Below are positions 1 to 11,800 of a stretch of 64,000 nt of DNA, piece by piece. Position 1 is the first letter of the stretch; the number at the start of each line of letters is the position of its first letter. A program made the translations under genes and the position numbers. The notes under the pieces are model-generated. The model did not search any database. It was not told where the DNA came from and saw nothing but the letters and a program-made list of their open reading frames with translations. Source of the stretch: Phallusia mammillata (lineage: Eukaryota); assembly GCA_965637545.1 (NCBI GenBank), contig OZ281495.1:14074001-14138000 (forward strand), read 5' to 3'.

Positions 1-1088
1 TGTGGTAGCGGGCGTGGTTGGTTTAAAAATGCCAAGGTACTGTCTGTTTGGTGACACTGTCAACACCGCATCTCGGATGGAGTCTAACGGAAAACGTAGG
101 ACAATATATGCTAAGATTTTTTGTTCAGGAACAATTATTTCACCTATAATGTTTTGCAGCGTTGTCCATCCACGTTTCGCCGAAGACCAAGCCGATTCTG
201 GAAGAATTTGGAACTTTCATTTTGCAAGAGAGGGAAGAAGAAGTTTTTCTCAAGGTTAGCAAACAATTGATATTAATAAGATAATATATTACAACTCCAT
301 CCAGTGGTAATAAGACAGGTTTGCAACTTCATTCCTGTTGATTTTGCAAAAGTAAACTGTATCCAAGCAAAGCATGTTTATAAATGTCCAAGCAAAGCAT
401 GTTTATAAAATGAGTTGTCGTCCAAGAAGAATGCAAGTATTTAAAACCGGAATTTTAGGGGCTCGGAAATTGGAAGACCTGGTGGTTGATGGGAGAAAAT
501 ATATCACCAGAAGAACTGCGTGCACAAACAAAACGCACTCAAGGTTAGGAACTTATTCTTTGAGTGGTTGCTTATACACGTATATTAACAAAGTGGCGAG
601 GTTCAGGTTCAGTTAGGCATCTATTGGTGTTTATTGCAGACCAAAAACAACAATACGACAACATGGACACTATAACATTTACAACTAATGAGGTGGCAGG
701 ACGAATAAAGCACGGGAGGTCAAAAAGACATGACCCTGAAGCGGCACGTGGTCGCAGAAGTGGAGTCATGGGGTCAGTGATCCATGCAGCTCCAGAAGCG
801 CAAATGTCGCCGGATGAGATTATACGAGAGCACGTAAGACTCACATCGATACAGTTGGAGCCAACTGTGGAAGAAAAGCGAAAGAGGGTTGTGCAGTTTG
901 ATGATGGGTCGTCTTCCCCAACAGTAAAGTTCGAAAAGCACGTTGGATTTTCTGATGGTGCTAATTCCTTGCATGTTAACGTGGACATGAAGTCAGAAGA
1001 TGTACACGGAAGAGACAGTGGTATTGGTATGAGCTTTGACAACGACGGGTTTAGAAATGAACCGAATGAGCAGTCAGACATGCTGTAA
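1..1088 (+). CDS. Receptor (particulate) guanylyl cyclase, 3' end only (GC-1); exons <1-95, 160-254, 459-543, 640-1088
   Basis: Cyclase C-terminal motif [30 protein letters not shown], then [15 protein letters not shown] and [12 protein letters not shown] in exons bounded by GT..AG introns that keep the frame; the terminal exon ends at TAA 1086-1088. Confidence 0.93.
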
Positions 1089-2281
1089 TGTATTTCTGCG
1101 TAAATGTTGCTTCTGTATGTTGCCAGCAAGGACGCAATCCTCACAATCGGATTCAAGCATTTCAGAGACAAAGCAGAGAAGATTCTACTGGCGGTAATGC
1201 AAATATACGAGAGTTCGTTTCAATACAAACACAAAACAACAAATATTACAACTAACTAACAAAAAATAAAATGCCATCCTAATTAGCACTGACTGATATT
1301 CAGTCAACAAAATGATTGGTTAGCTTGGTTTAATTTGTTGTAGAGTGCAAATAAAGTTGGTTAACCAGTTGATTTTATTTGCCACTCGAGCACAGACAAC
1401 TTCAATAACTGTAAGCAGAACTTATCAATTGGTACTTTGTCACGTACACGACGTCACTTGATAAGTAAAACAAAGATTAAAGTACATTATGACGACAAAT
1501 GTTGTACGACTAATGCCCTCGCAAGTTCCACAGTTATTGATAAGGCCAACACAACGCTCGTAACAAAATAAAAAAGATGTTTGCTTTATAAAAATGACCC
1601 CCCGTACAGTTGAAGTTAAAGGCATTGCTAGAGTTCTCAACAAACTAATCAAAAAGACACTTAAGTTAAACATTATGCTTCGCATGCAGTTTTTATCGGT
1701 TTAGTTGTTTGTTTTTCGTGAATTTTCCGAACTTGGCAGGAACTTATTTGCATGTCAAGCACCCTTCACTCTCATTTGCTTTGCTATTTTCAAGAGCAAT
1801 TACCAGTTTACCGAGCAACTAACGCTGCTGACATGAACCTACTTCAAATCACGAACCTGACACTCGGTCTGGAATAAAATTGTAATGACACAGGAAAGTG
1901 TATCTTAAATTCAGCCTGTAATTTGCTTCCGGGCTACTGGTGAAGTGCAATGGAGTTAACATCTCCGCATAACAACTTTTATTTATTCTTCAATCGGTGC
2001 TTTTTCAGTTGTTTTTGTAGCATTTAGCGTTAAGCGCGTTTATTTCATTTTTGTACAACTTTATGGACTGTTTAAACTCCGTGTAGATTTATTTCGTTAA
2101 AATATTGTTTTTCTGCCTTTGACCAGCTTACAACTATGTAACGATCAGCAAAGGTTTATTTTGTTCTTACGTCTAAATAACCACACAGTGGGATAATAAG
2201 AATGTCGCAACTATCAGTTGATTGCTACCGCGCAGTAACCTGACATGTTGTCGTTTCCCATAGGCCTATAGGTGCAAAAAC

Positions 2282-2807
2282 CAGTGTTTCATACTGGAAC
2301 GGAACGAAATAACGTTATTCGTTCTGAGCAAATTATTTATTTCGTTATTTCGTTCTGGACCGATATTTTCACTTCCTTCCGATCTGACCGAAATAAATGT
2401 ATAACGGCATTTTTTGGTATTTCGGTCTTAACAAAAGAACATTTCTTTGTGGTCTTTACAGCTATTAAGCGAAAAAAGAAAGAAAGTTGCAACACACAAA
2501 AATTATTGTCGGTAGTTATTATACGTCATAACATTTGTCAATGATGGTCAAACGAATGTAAATTGTAAGAGCTTAACGACGCGAAATTTTCAGCAATTGT
2601 TTCATGTCAAATGTTAAGCGAAATACCGGAATAAAAAATAACGGTATTTCGTTCCGTTCCGGTATTTTGAAACTTTTTTATTTCGGTATTCCGATCCGGT
2701 ATTTGAGTCAAAAATTATTTATTTCGTTCCGGTATAACGTTCCGTTCCGTTCCGTTCCGTTCCGTTCCGTTCCGTTCCGTTCCGTTCCGTTCCGTTATGA
2801 AACACTG
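2282..2807. mobile_element. Non-autonomous TIR element (hAT-like MITE)
   Basis: Left end CAGTGTTTCATA (2282) is the reverse complement of right end TATGAAACACTG (ending 2807). GGAAC/GTTCC subterminal repeats at both ends. The flanking 8-mers GCAAAAAC and GAAAAAAA match at 6/8, consistent with a decayed TSD. Confidence 0.7.
2738..2796. repeat. (CGTTC)n pentanucleotide microsatellite, about 12 units
   Basis: Perfect tandem CGTTC run read directly, just inside the right TIR of the 2282-2807 element. Confidence 0.95.
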
Positions 2808-3261
2808 GAAAAAAACACACCAAACCTTTGCTGAACGTTAACTTTTTTTGTATATTTAGCGTTTTGTCGTGTGTGACAAAAAATTCATTTCTTCATATTT
2901 TTTACACTGCTTCTATATGCGCCAAGCGACACTTTGTACATCCTCGTTTCTGAAGTTTGATGTTTAGGATATACATAAACGTCTAAACCAATCCCCTTAC
3001 ATTGTTGAAAGCAAAAAGTCCGGCGTGCTAGTTTGCTCCCTTGCGACTAGCAAGCTCAAAGTGTTTACACAAACAACTTTAAATATTCCCAAACAATACT
3101 TGTCGTTAAAACAGTATTAACACTTTAAAAAGCCCTGTTGTCATAGTCAAAAATGACAAGTGTAAAAATACGTCAATAGTTATATGATAGTACCACCGAG
3201 TTTAAATTTTAGGACCGTAATGAACAACGGCCCATACACCATACACTTACACATTACATCA

Positions 3262-3420
3262 AAGGGGAACTGTAAACTCCTGATCTTTTTCAATTTTGGA
3301 TTGTGCTACTGTATTGGGTGCGGTTGTTTTTCCGAACACTTAGGATGCGTTTAAAATCTGATCGTGTGTATGTGATTTACTTGTACGCGTAAACGCAACA
3401 CTGATTTTAAGTTCCCTTTT
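3262..3420. mobile_element. Possible small Kolobok-like MITE
   Basis: AAGGGGAACT at the left and AGTTCCCTTT followed by TTAA at the right; the left TTAA target is imperfect (TCAA). Confidence 0.3.
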
Positions 3421-4653
3421 TAAAGTGTACGACGGTTCAGCAAACAATTTCAACATAGGACCTGAACGAACATGACAAACCCATGCCAGACCGCAAGACA
3501 ATTATGTTAAAGTTGCACACAAGCCAGCAGTTTCAAGTACTTTGTAAAATGTTTCGCAAACAATAAGAATGTCCTGGTTCGGCGAATCAACCCAATCCCC
3601 AGAGTGTATGCTTGCACAAGGTGATAAGAAGTCGCGTACCGAAGTCCATTCTGTCATACCTTACATGACCGGTCACATGACCTTCCAAACAATCATGTGT
3701 ATACATTGTGCCGAGAAAAAAACGGACAAAGATAAAAACGCCACAGTGACAAGGTTGTTTGATAGTTTAATGAAGCTATATAACAAGTTGCCACTAGAAA
3801 TGTATGTGTTGGTAGTAATACAACACAAGACACTTTTAGTTCAAATGTGTGTGGTTAAAACATTGTTTTTGAACTTTCATTTTAACTTGCCTGTTGAGAG
3901 TTTTTTAAATAAAGCCCTACAAAATTGGTGTAACGCTTTTTAGAGTTTCCTTTAGCACATTTCAAGACTTGTAAATGCTTAAATTTGTCGGTCCAATCAC
4001 AAAAAATGATTTTACCCAACTGAACAAAGTCTGCTATAGGCGTGGTGAGTAAACAAGCTACGACAATGGTTTTGCTCAAACACAGCCTGATCAGCATGGA
4101 TTGACAACAAGTGACAGAGTATACAATGTTGTGTGTCATCACCTGCTTTTCTCGCAATGTACACAGGCTAATGCGAAACTAAGCAGGATAACGATAAACG
4201 ACGCATCGTCAGGCACAAAGAGCGAGCGGTGTCTCTGTCCATAGAACTGAGAACTACCTGTCGTGAAGTAAACAACTAGGTTAGACATTGACAATAAAAA
4301 TGTCCACTGCTCTGATGACTTTGCTGTTGTATTTCAATTTCAAGCATTTTTTTAATAAAACAATCGATATACTCGCACGTACTTTTGGTTCGTAGCTCTG
4401 AACAAAAGCACAAAACAAACCTATCCCGTAAGTTTGTGTAAAACGAAATAAGCAACGATCTAAATATACATTTATAGATATGCCTAGAGTTACAACTTAT
4501 ATTTCTCACACAGTGCAAAGCAGTGTTGCGTTATCATTGTACAGCGCACTTATTTATTTTGGCTTTTTATAAACGGCAGTTTGTTTAATGTGTTAATGTG
4601 TTGTGCTTATTTCAGTTCACTTTTTGGTATTTCACCTCATTAATCAACCACAG

Positions 4654-7600
4654 ATTTTGTGTACGTTTACAACATGCACCGATGTGCTATTGCGCCACAA
4701 CCCGACTTTAATGATCAAATAAACCACAGAAGCCAAGTGGCAAGCACATAAGCCACCAGAAAAAAAGCCTATACAGGCGTGCTGTACATGTGGGATGGGC
4801 ATTTGTATATAGGCGAGTATTGTATTGCAGATGGCATGACAATATAACTTTTTATAGGCGGTGAAGTAATAACCCGCTGACACCTGCAGAAAAGTCACCT
4901 ATTTATTCGAAGTGGGCGGATACAGCATCGACGCTAACATTTATTATCAGACATTCTACCACTGTTAACCAGTAAGTTATAATCGAAGTGCTTGTGACGA
5001 TAAATATAAATAGAATAGCGTTGCGTTGAGCGCTAACAAGCCTTACAAGCGCAAAGTATGAGCTATAGGTGTAAATAAATGCACATTTACATAGGTTGGT
5101 TATCAGAAACATGACTAATTTAGCTAGACTTTACTTGAAACGGACAAGGCACAGGCAAAACAAAAGGAATTGATGTTGCCTGTGCAAAATAAAACTATGC
5201 GTAAAAGCCATTTCAACATTTGAATGAATCGAAAGGTGGCGCGATTTTTGCGATATATCTAACTATACAATGGTCACTCCAAACAAAGTTTGCTGCATAC
5301 AATTTGTATAAACTAGGTCATGAACAGGTACAGCGTTGACAGTTTTATTTCAAGACAGACTGGTGATGGCTGTAGCGAGATTTTGCATTTATTAAAAGAG
5401 GTATTTAGGTAAAAATTTAACAATTTTAAAGCCGTTGCGAACTTAGTTTGATTTTTAGGCTTAATCATCGCCCTTCTTTTTGTATCTTGTATTCTTCCTG
5501 GAATCCGTTTATGTTTAGGTATTGATTAGAAGTCAGACAGTGTTTGCTTTTACCATTAAAGTCTATTACCGGATGATTTTGGGCAGTCGTTATCGACTAG
5601 GCAAACACTGCAAATTTGGGACATTTTGGTACAGCGATACAGAAACACAAATTACTGACTTTAAACGCATAACCAATCGTTAAACACAAGATTTTAATTG
5701 GCTTGTACATGTTTTGTAGCAACATCGCCACCGCATAAGCAAGTAAATCAATATCAACAACTGGGAACAACTTTCACTGGTTGTATTAGTAAAGGACGAA
5801 AAAGGCAAGAGTGACGGAGAGGTGCAACGGCGGAGATGAAGGATTGATGTAGACAACACTGTCATTAGTTGTTGCCGGGTTATCGGCTACAAGTTGGGCA
5901 TAAGCGCCCTGAGATTAGTGGGATTAACACAGCGTAGCAATCAGAATCCAATTACTCAGTTACGTTTCATTGTTTTTGTTGGAGTTTGTTTTAGCGACTT
6001 ACATTTTAGCGCCATGTACAGATTTGAAATCGAATTAAAAATTAGACAGCATGTTTTTTTGAGTTTTTTTTCAACATATTTGTATCAAAAGGTTGCGATT
6101 TGTGATACAATGTAGGCGCCTAGGAAAAACAAAACCAATATATACGTGACTCATACGATGTTTACAAACTACTCCACCCACTACAGCAATATATGTTTGC
6201 ACCAATAATGTTTAGCAGGAATCGTACGAGGATGGAAGCTGTAACGTAAAGCTGTGCGTTTCTCATCAAGGCAGCGTCGTGCAGAATGGTGAACTAATCA
6301 CAAAGTAATCGACATAAGGCAATGATGAAGTAACCAGGTCTTTGTTACTTTGATATATTATGGCGTTTCGCGATAACCATACAGTACACTGCCACTATGC
6401 GAAGAATGTCATCATTTACATTCATTTCGCGATGAGTTCGTAACGACTGGCGCCTGACAAGGGAGTAGCCAAGTGATGGGCAACAGCGGATGTCCACAAA
6501 TCATTTCGAATCTGGAGCTACCCGGCAACACGTTGGACATTCGCAAGCGCGGTTTAATTGCCTTTGCCATGGACCCAACACGGGTATGACGTGTATATGC
6601 TGCGATAGGGAAAGCTTAATGTCGCCAAACTGTTTACCGTAGGACGCTAAAGGGAATTACACAAACTTTGGCGCCGTTGATTGGCTCATGATTGACGTAT
6701 GGTAAGGGCAAGGGGACCCCACTTGTTCAATGATAATAGAAATCAATAGCGTTGTTTTTTAACGAAGTACGGAATGCTCGTTGAAACGTTGGAACATATT
6801 ACAATTTGTTAAAACTTGATTATAATACTGCTGGAATTTGAAAACAAACGTAAATGCTGAAAAACAACGAAAACTGACAGATATGATTTTTGTTTCGGGT
6901 GATGGCATTTAAAATTACTTGGATGAATATTATAGTTGTTCTTCAAAGTTTGTGGTTAATCAATGTAGCTTTACTGATTATTGTGTCAGGTTGAAAGGCG
7001 AATGACCCACACACCACACGTACAGCAGACAATAATTGGGGACTACGCGTAACGCAAAGGAAACAAGCACAAACAATTAGCTAAACCATTTGATAATTGT
7101 GAGATGGAATTTGTGGTATTATTTTTGTAAACAAATGTAAATTTGTTTCACCAAGCAACTGTTTCATTACCGCCTACATATAGATAAGGTCGGGATACGA
7201 GTTGCTAGACGAACTCGTGATAGTTTGCAATTTCTCGGTGGCTGTTTCGCGCAAACTCGACTCGTTTCCCGATTTCAATTGCTTTGCGGTATTGCTGTCA
7301 CCAATTGCGCAAAACCGAACGATTCGACTTGTTTTGAAATAGCGCCGAATCACGACGGGACATCACGCTCTAGATCTGGAGCCAAACAAGTGTAAAACTC
7401 GGGCGTACGGTCAAAGGCACTTGAACCTGGAATCGTCGTGCAAATTTGTTGACAACATTTGGGTCGAAGACGTGCAGTAAAATCGAGACTGTCCCAAATT
7501 TAAATTGCAGCAAAACGAGCAGTGGCGGCCACATTAAATTTAACCTTCGACACACATTTTTGAATTTGATGAAAACCATTGTAAGTTGTGGTGAAAAAAC

Positions 7601-8735
7601 AAGAACTTACACGTTTTACGATTTCATTTACACAAGGAAACTAATTATGCACTTGCGCTAAATCTCTCTCGTTTATCACATAACATTTTATGTATGTTCC
7701 ATATCGTGTTTGATAACACGTGGACATTTATAGGCAGATATGTGCCAGCGAGGCCGGTTAAAAGGTTGGGAAAGTCCCATGTTTTTTACTTCAGAATACG
7801 AAGTATCGCGGTCTTGCTCAGTGGTCTTCATTTCCGCAACATTGTTTCATCGCGAGTTTAGCAAACAAACTAAGCCTTTAATCGCGGGTTCGAGATTCGG
7901 TCGGTCGTCGGCGCCTCGCATAAAATCAGCTTAGACCGCGCCAGCCTCAAGCCTTTTTTCCTCCGCGAAATTTTGTGGTTTGAAAATGTTCGTTATTTTC
8001 AGAAGCGATTGGCTTTGACGCGGGGCCAAATCGGGCGGCTCTGGAGTTCGCGTGGACGTTATTTATAGCGGCAGGGACACGCCTTTGCTCAGAGTCGAGT
8101 GAAAAGTTCAGGCACGTGCGGTTACGGCATATGATGACAACCTGTGCTGTTCTTACACGCCTTACTAGCAAGATGTTAATCGCAGATAAGTCGTCACGAC
8201 AGATAGACAAATATCATAGCACGGTTAATAGGAAACAAGTATTATGGTGTTAGAGTGTTTATAGTAAAAAGGTAATAAATAAATGTCTACTCAGCAGTAA
8301 ACGAGGGTTTTTCACTTCAGGAAAAAGGAGAAAATTTGGAAAATATAAAAAAATACTATGATGTTAAAGGCATTTTACGCCCGGTAACACATCGAAAAAT
8401 AAACAACTTTTCTTATCGCATTAAGTGAAGTCAACAGGCTGTGTAAATGTATATCGTTGCTATATATTCGCGTGTTGATATCATTACGGTTCGTAAAAAT
8501 GCAGACAAGCGAGTGTAAACTTGACATGCTGTGCGAGTTCGTATGGTAACCGAAACATATCCGAATAAAAACAATTTTTTTTGCTATTGCATTTTACTAA
8601 AGGACGAAAGGCCCGAACCGGGATTCACGTTCGTCGTCATTCACACCACTTTGAACGTAATACCCTGAATTTTCAGTGGGATAATTTGACTTATATTGTT
8701 TACGTTGAATCCGCACGTATTTTGCGCAGGTTTTT
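4654..8735 (+). other. Candidate, unresolved ectodomain exons of GC-2
   Basis: Exon-like segments with splice signals: 4654-~4810 (in-frame TAA at 4749), ~6216-6285, ~6470-6583, 6643-6701 (DAKGNYTNFGAVDWLMIDVW; 59-nt GT-AG intron before, GTAAGG donor after), an open frame from 8003 to 8250 behind TTATTTTCAG, and ~8606-8735. They could not be joined into one open frame. Confidence 0.3.
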
Positions 8736-8879
8736 GTTGTACAAACAACGCTGTGTTGTAAAATTGCGAATGTTCTAGAAGTATAATTTTGTTTTCGACC
8801 TTTAATTTTACATTTACTTATCCTTAGACGTGATCGTTTTAGGAAGCAGTTTGTATGTAATTTTGTTGTGTAAACCCAG

Positions 8880-11800
8880 CGACCATAGGGAAGGGCTCGA
8901 ATCGTTGCGCAATGAAAAGTTACCAGGCGCGCTTCTCGACCACCATCACCGACCTTCAAACCGACAATTACCCGTGCGAATTGTACAAGGACCAATGCGA
9001 GAAACAACAACAATGTCTTGAAACAGGTAAATCTGTTTTGGTTTAATTCGAGCTAAATACATTCACTCTTTGTTTGCCAGTCGAGATTTTCGAAAATAAA
9101 TTTGTATCTTTTTCGCAAAGTCACATTTGAAGTGTAACATCAGTCGCGTGTTTGCTACCATCATTTTCAGCGAAATAGCGCTTGCGAAAGAATACTCATC
9201 AACAGTTTCGATTTAAACCAAAGGCGAAATCGATGCTTCAATTTAAATCAGATTTACACCATGTAAATGGTAACATGTCTGGTGGGAAAAATGAGTTTCC
9301 TTAGATCTTAGAACAACTAAATTGTGGGTTTGGCACCATAGTAGGCCATATACACGTGTGTTAAACTCGCCACGCAGCCGCATTGTTACCGGCACGCGAT
9401 GGTTAACAGCTAAATTTTCAAATTTTGTAAAATGATCGTGGTTTTAGGGTTATCGTTAGCAACAGAATAAAAATTTTTGCCTGGTTTGTAATGAATTTGG
9501 ACATTTCCTGGGAAGTTAAAGGTCCAAACTCATCTGAAGGCGACCTTCGTGGATTAAAATATTAGGAAATAACAATGAAATATACATGCAATAGAAAGGC
9601 TAACCGTTTATATCTTTGTATTCCAGAGCTTTATTACGTCATAACCGCATTATGTGTGGTGATCTGCCTACTCGTCGTGGCGACATCTGTGTTGTACAGG
9701 TGAGTTGTGGTGTTAACCAATGCTTGAACAATGACAGCTGGTTATTGGAGAACAAAGCAAGCGTCTGTGATCGCAAACTGCGCTAATTGTTACCCTGGGA
9801 TGAATAGAAAAGCGTGTGACACGACTTGATCCGCCATTTTGCCGGAACCTGCGGTTTGCCTAAATCGCCTTCATGTGCGGTTTATTCCTAGTGAGCAACA
9901 GTTTTTATGTCGATAACACCACACGCTTCCTGTGAATAATAACCACCGTCTCTAATAATAGAAGTTCATGGTTATGGGTCGGGAAGGACTTTCGCATGAA
10001 AAATGGCGGCGGTGATCCATGCGCTGTAGCTTAAATGCAATGCATTGAGTAGTACGAGTTTAAAGCACATCAGCCCGAACTGGTATAAACAGGCGTTTTT
10101 GTGGCATTTAATTGGGCCCATAAGTGATATAAACACCGTCATTCGGATTTTGTTGCTTGAGAAATTGAAACAAGCTCATTAACTGAAGTAATGATTAAAC
10201 CAATTGGTGTGAATTTTTATAAAATTTCTGAAACAGACAAATTAACCCTTAATGTACTGCTACATGATATTTTACGTTTTAACCTTTTTAAAATGTTATT
10301 ACATTATAATGTAATACTATATGCCATAATAAAGTGGCCAAAAACAAAACAAAAAATCTGATCAGCATACATTTTGCCAGTTTTCGATATAGGCCGTAGT
10401 TTCAAGTAAAATAGCCCACGTATTGTTTTGGTTGGTCTGATCCGATTAAAACTTTTTAGCGTGGACCACATTGTGCAACATAACAACGACCTTAAGGTCA
10501 AACAAGTTGGTTTTCATAAGACCACTGTTGTAATGCGGTGTGTGCTATACACAAAATATACCTCTCAGGTCTTGTTCCGAGGTTACGTCACACAGTAACA
10601 AACTCGTTTCGACAAAGCGTTGCCTGTTTAGGGATTAAAGCAAAAGTAAAATGAACAGATTGAACACCATTGTCTTTCGCCACAATGCAAATTCAACGTT
10701 TTAAGTGCGAACCGATTTTTGTATTGTTCTGATGAATCACGCCATTGAGTCAAGTTTCGCTCTTCTTCTGCAGTTAATAAACCGTTTCATCGTCGACAAT
10801 TATATTCGAAAATTTGTCAGTAACATGGCTTTTATTAACTTACTGACGATAGAAAAATTTGCCGCCTAAATGTCAATGAAACAAATCCATTTCGTATGTA
10901 AATGGTTTCAAAACGGTTTAAAACCACGGTTTCCAGTCCATTATATGTTCTTGTCCTTTTATAGTTGACGTTTTGCTTCGCAATTAGTTTAATCTAAAGA
11001 GCAAGCTAGCGATTAAAACAACTTTAAGCATATTTGCTCAACAATGACGTTTGACTAATATTTTTCTATTTATTTTTACAGATGGTTTAAACAGGAACAA
11101 AAATTGCGTATGACGATGTGGAAAGTGAAGTGGGATGACATTTGCTTCGATAAAACTAATTGGACCCCCTTAGAAATTTCCCACGATGTAAGCATACAAA
11201 TATGGTTATGTGTGATTTCCTGTAACGCTATATTTTTTCTTAAACAAATAACCGCAATGGATCCTTCCACTGTTACAGTTATAAAGGATTACACAAACGT
11301 GTCAAAAGTTATTCTGTCAAATTGTATTTAGTTTTTCAAGTTAATATGAGTACTTCCTGGATGAAAATGTTTTCGTGGTGTTGAAGTTTAACAATCAGCA
11401 ATATATAAACGGTTAACCTCAAGTTTCCAACGACTAAACCGAAGCTAGTGCAAGACTTTGGGTTGGTTAGGTCGAATCGTGCAAGTAGAAAATCAAAGGT
11501 CGAGTTATACATGTTACTAGGCAAACATTTGATCGCCCACTTAAGGGAAACAAATACCCGCAAAAGTCCCGCTATCAGTAGCCGTTGTTGACATGTCCGA
11601 CCACTAATGGGTGCCGACAGAGATGAAAAACTACTGCAACAGTAGAATACTTAAACACAGTGTTGCAACAAGCAACTCGGATCAGGCTTTATGTGAACGT
11701 AAATATAGAGCCAGATTGTGAAAGAGATTAACAAATGGTAAACAAAAGTGCCCTTTGTTTATCCTTTAAATCGAGTTGTGTTAATTTATAAGTTGAACTC

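Noticed and set aside
572-1171. 199-aa minus-strand ORF
   Set aside because: Antisense shadow of the GC-1 terminal exon; Ser-rich with no recognisable motif.
2738-2796. Regular repeat as a possible CRISPR array
   Set aside because: It is a 5-bp microsatellite with no spacers, in a eukaryotic context.
4644-5112. Hydrophobic minus-strand ORFs as a small membrane protein gene
   Set aside because: No consistent splice joins or family motifs; hydrophobicity is expected from AT-rich sequence.
8597-9013. 138-aa minus-strand ORF with a signal-like N-terminus
   Set aside because: It overlaps the plus-strand GC-2 juxtamembrane exon, which has strong splice and motif support.
4312-10735. Isolated CTGATGA heptamers at 4312 and 10729 as further hammerheads
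   Set aside because: Neither has a stem II followed by GAAA or an NUH site.
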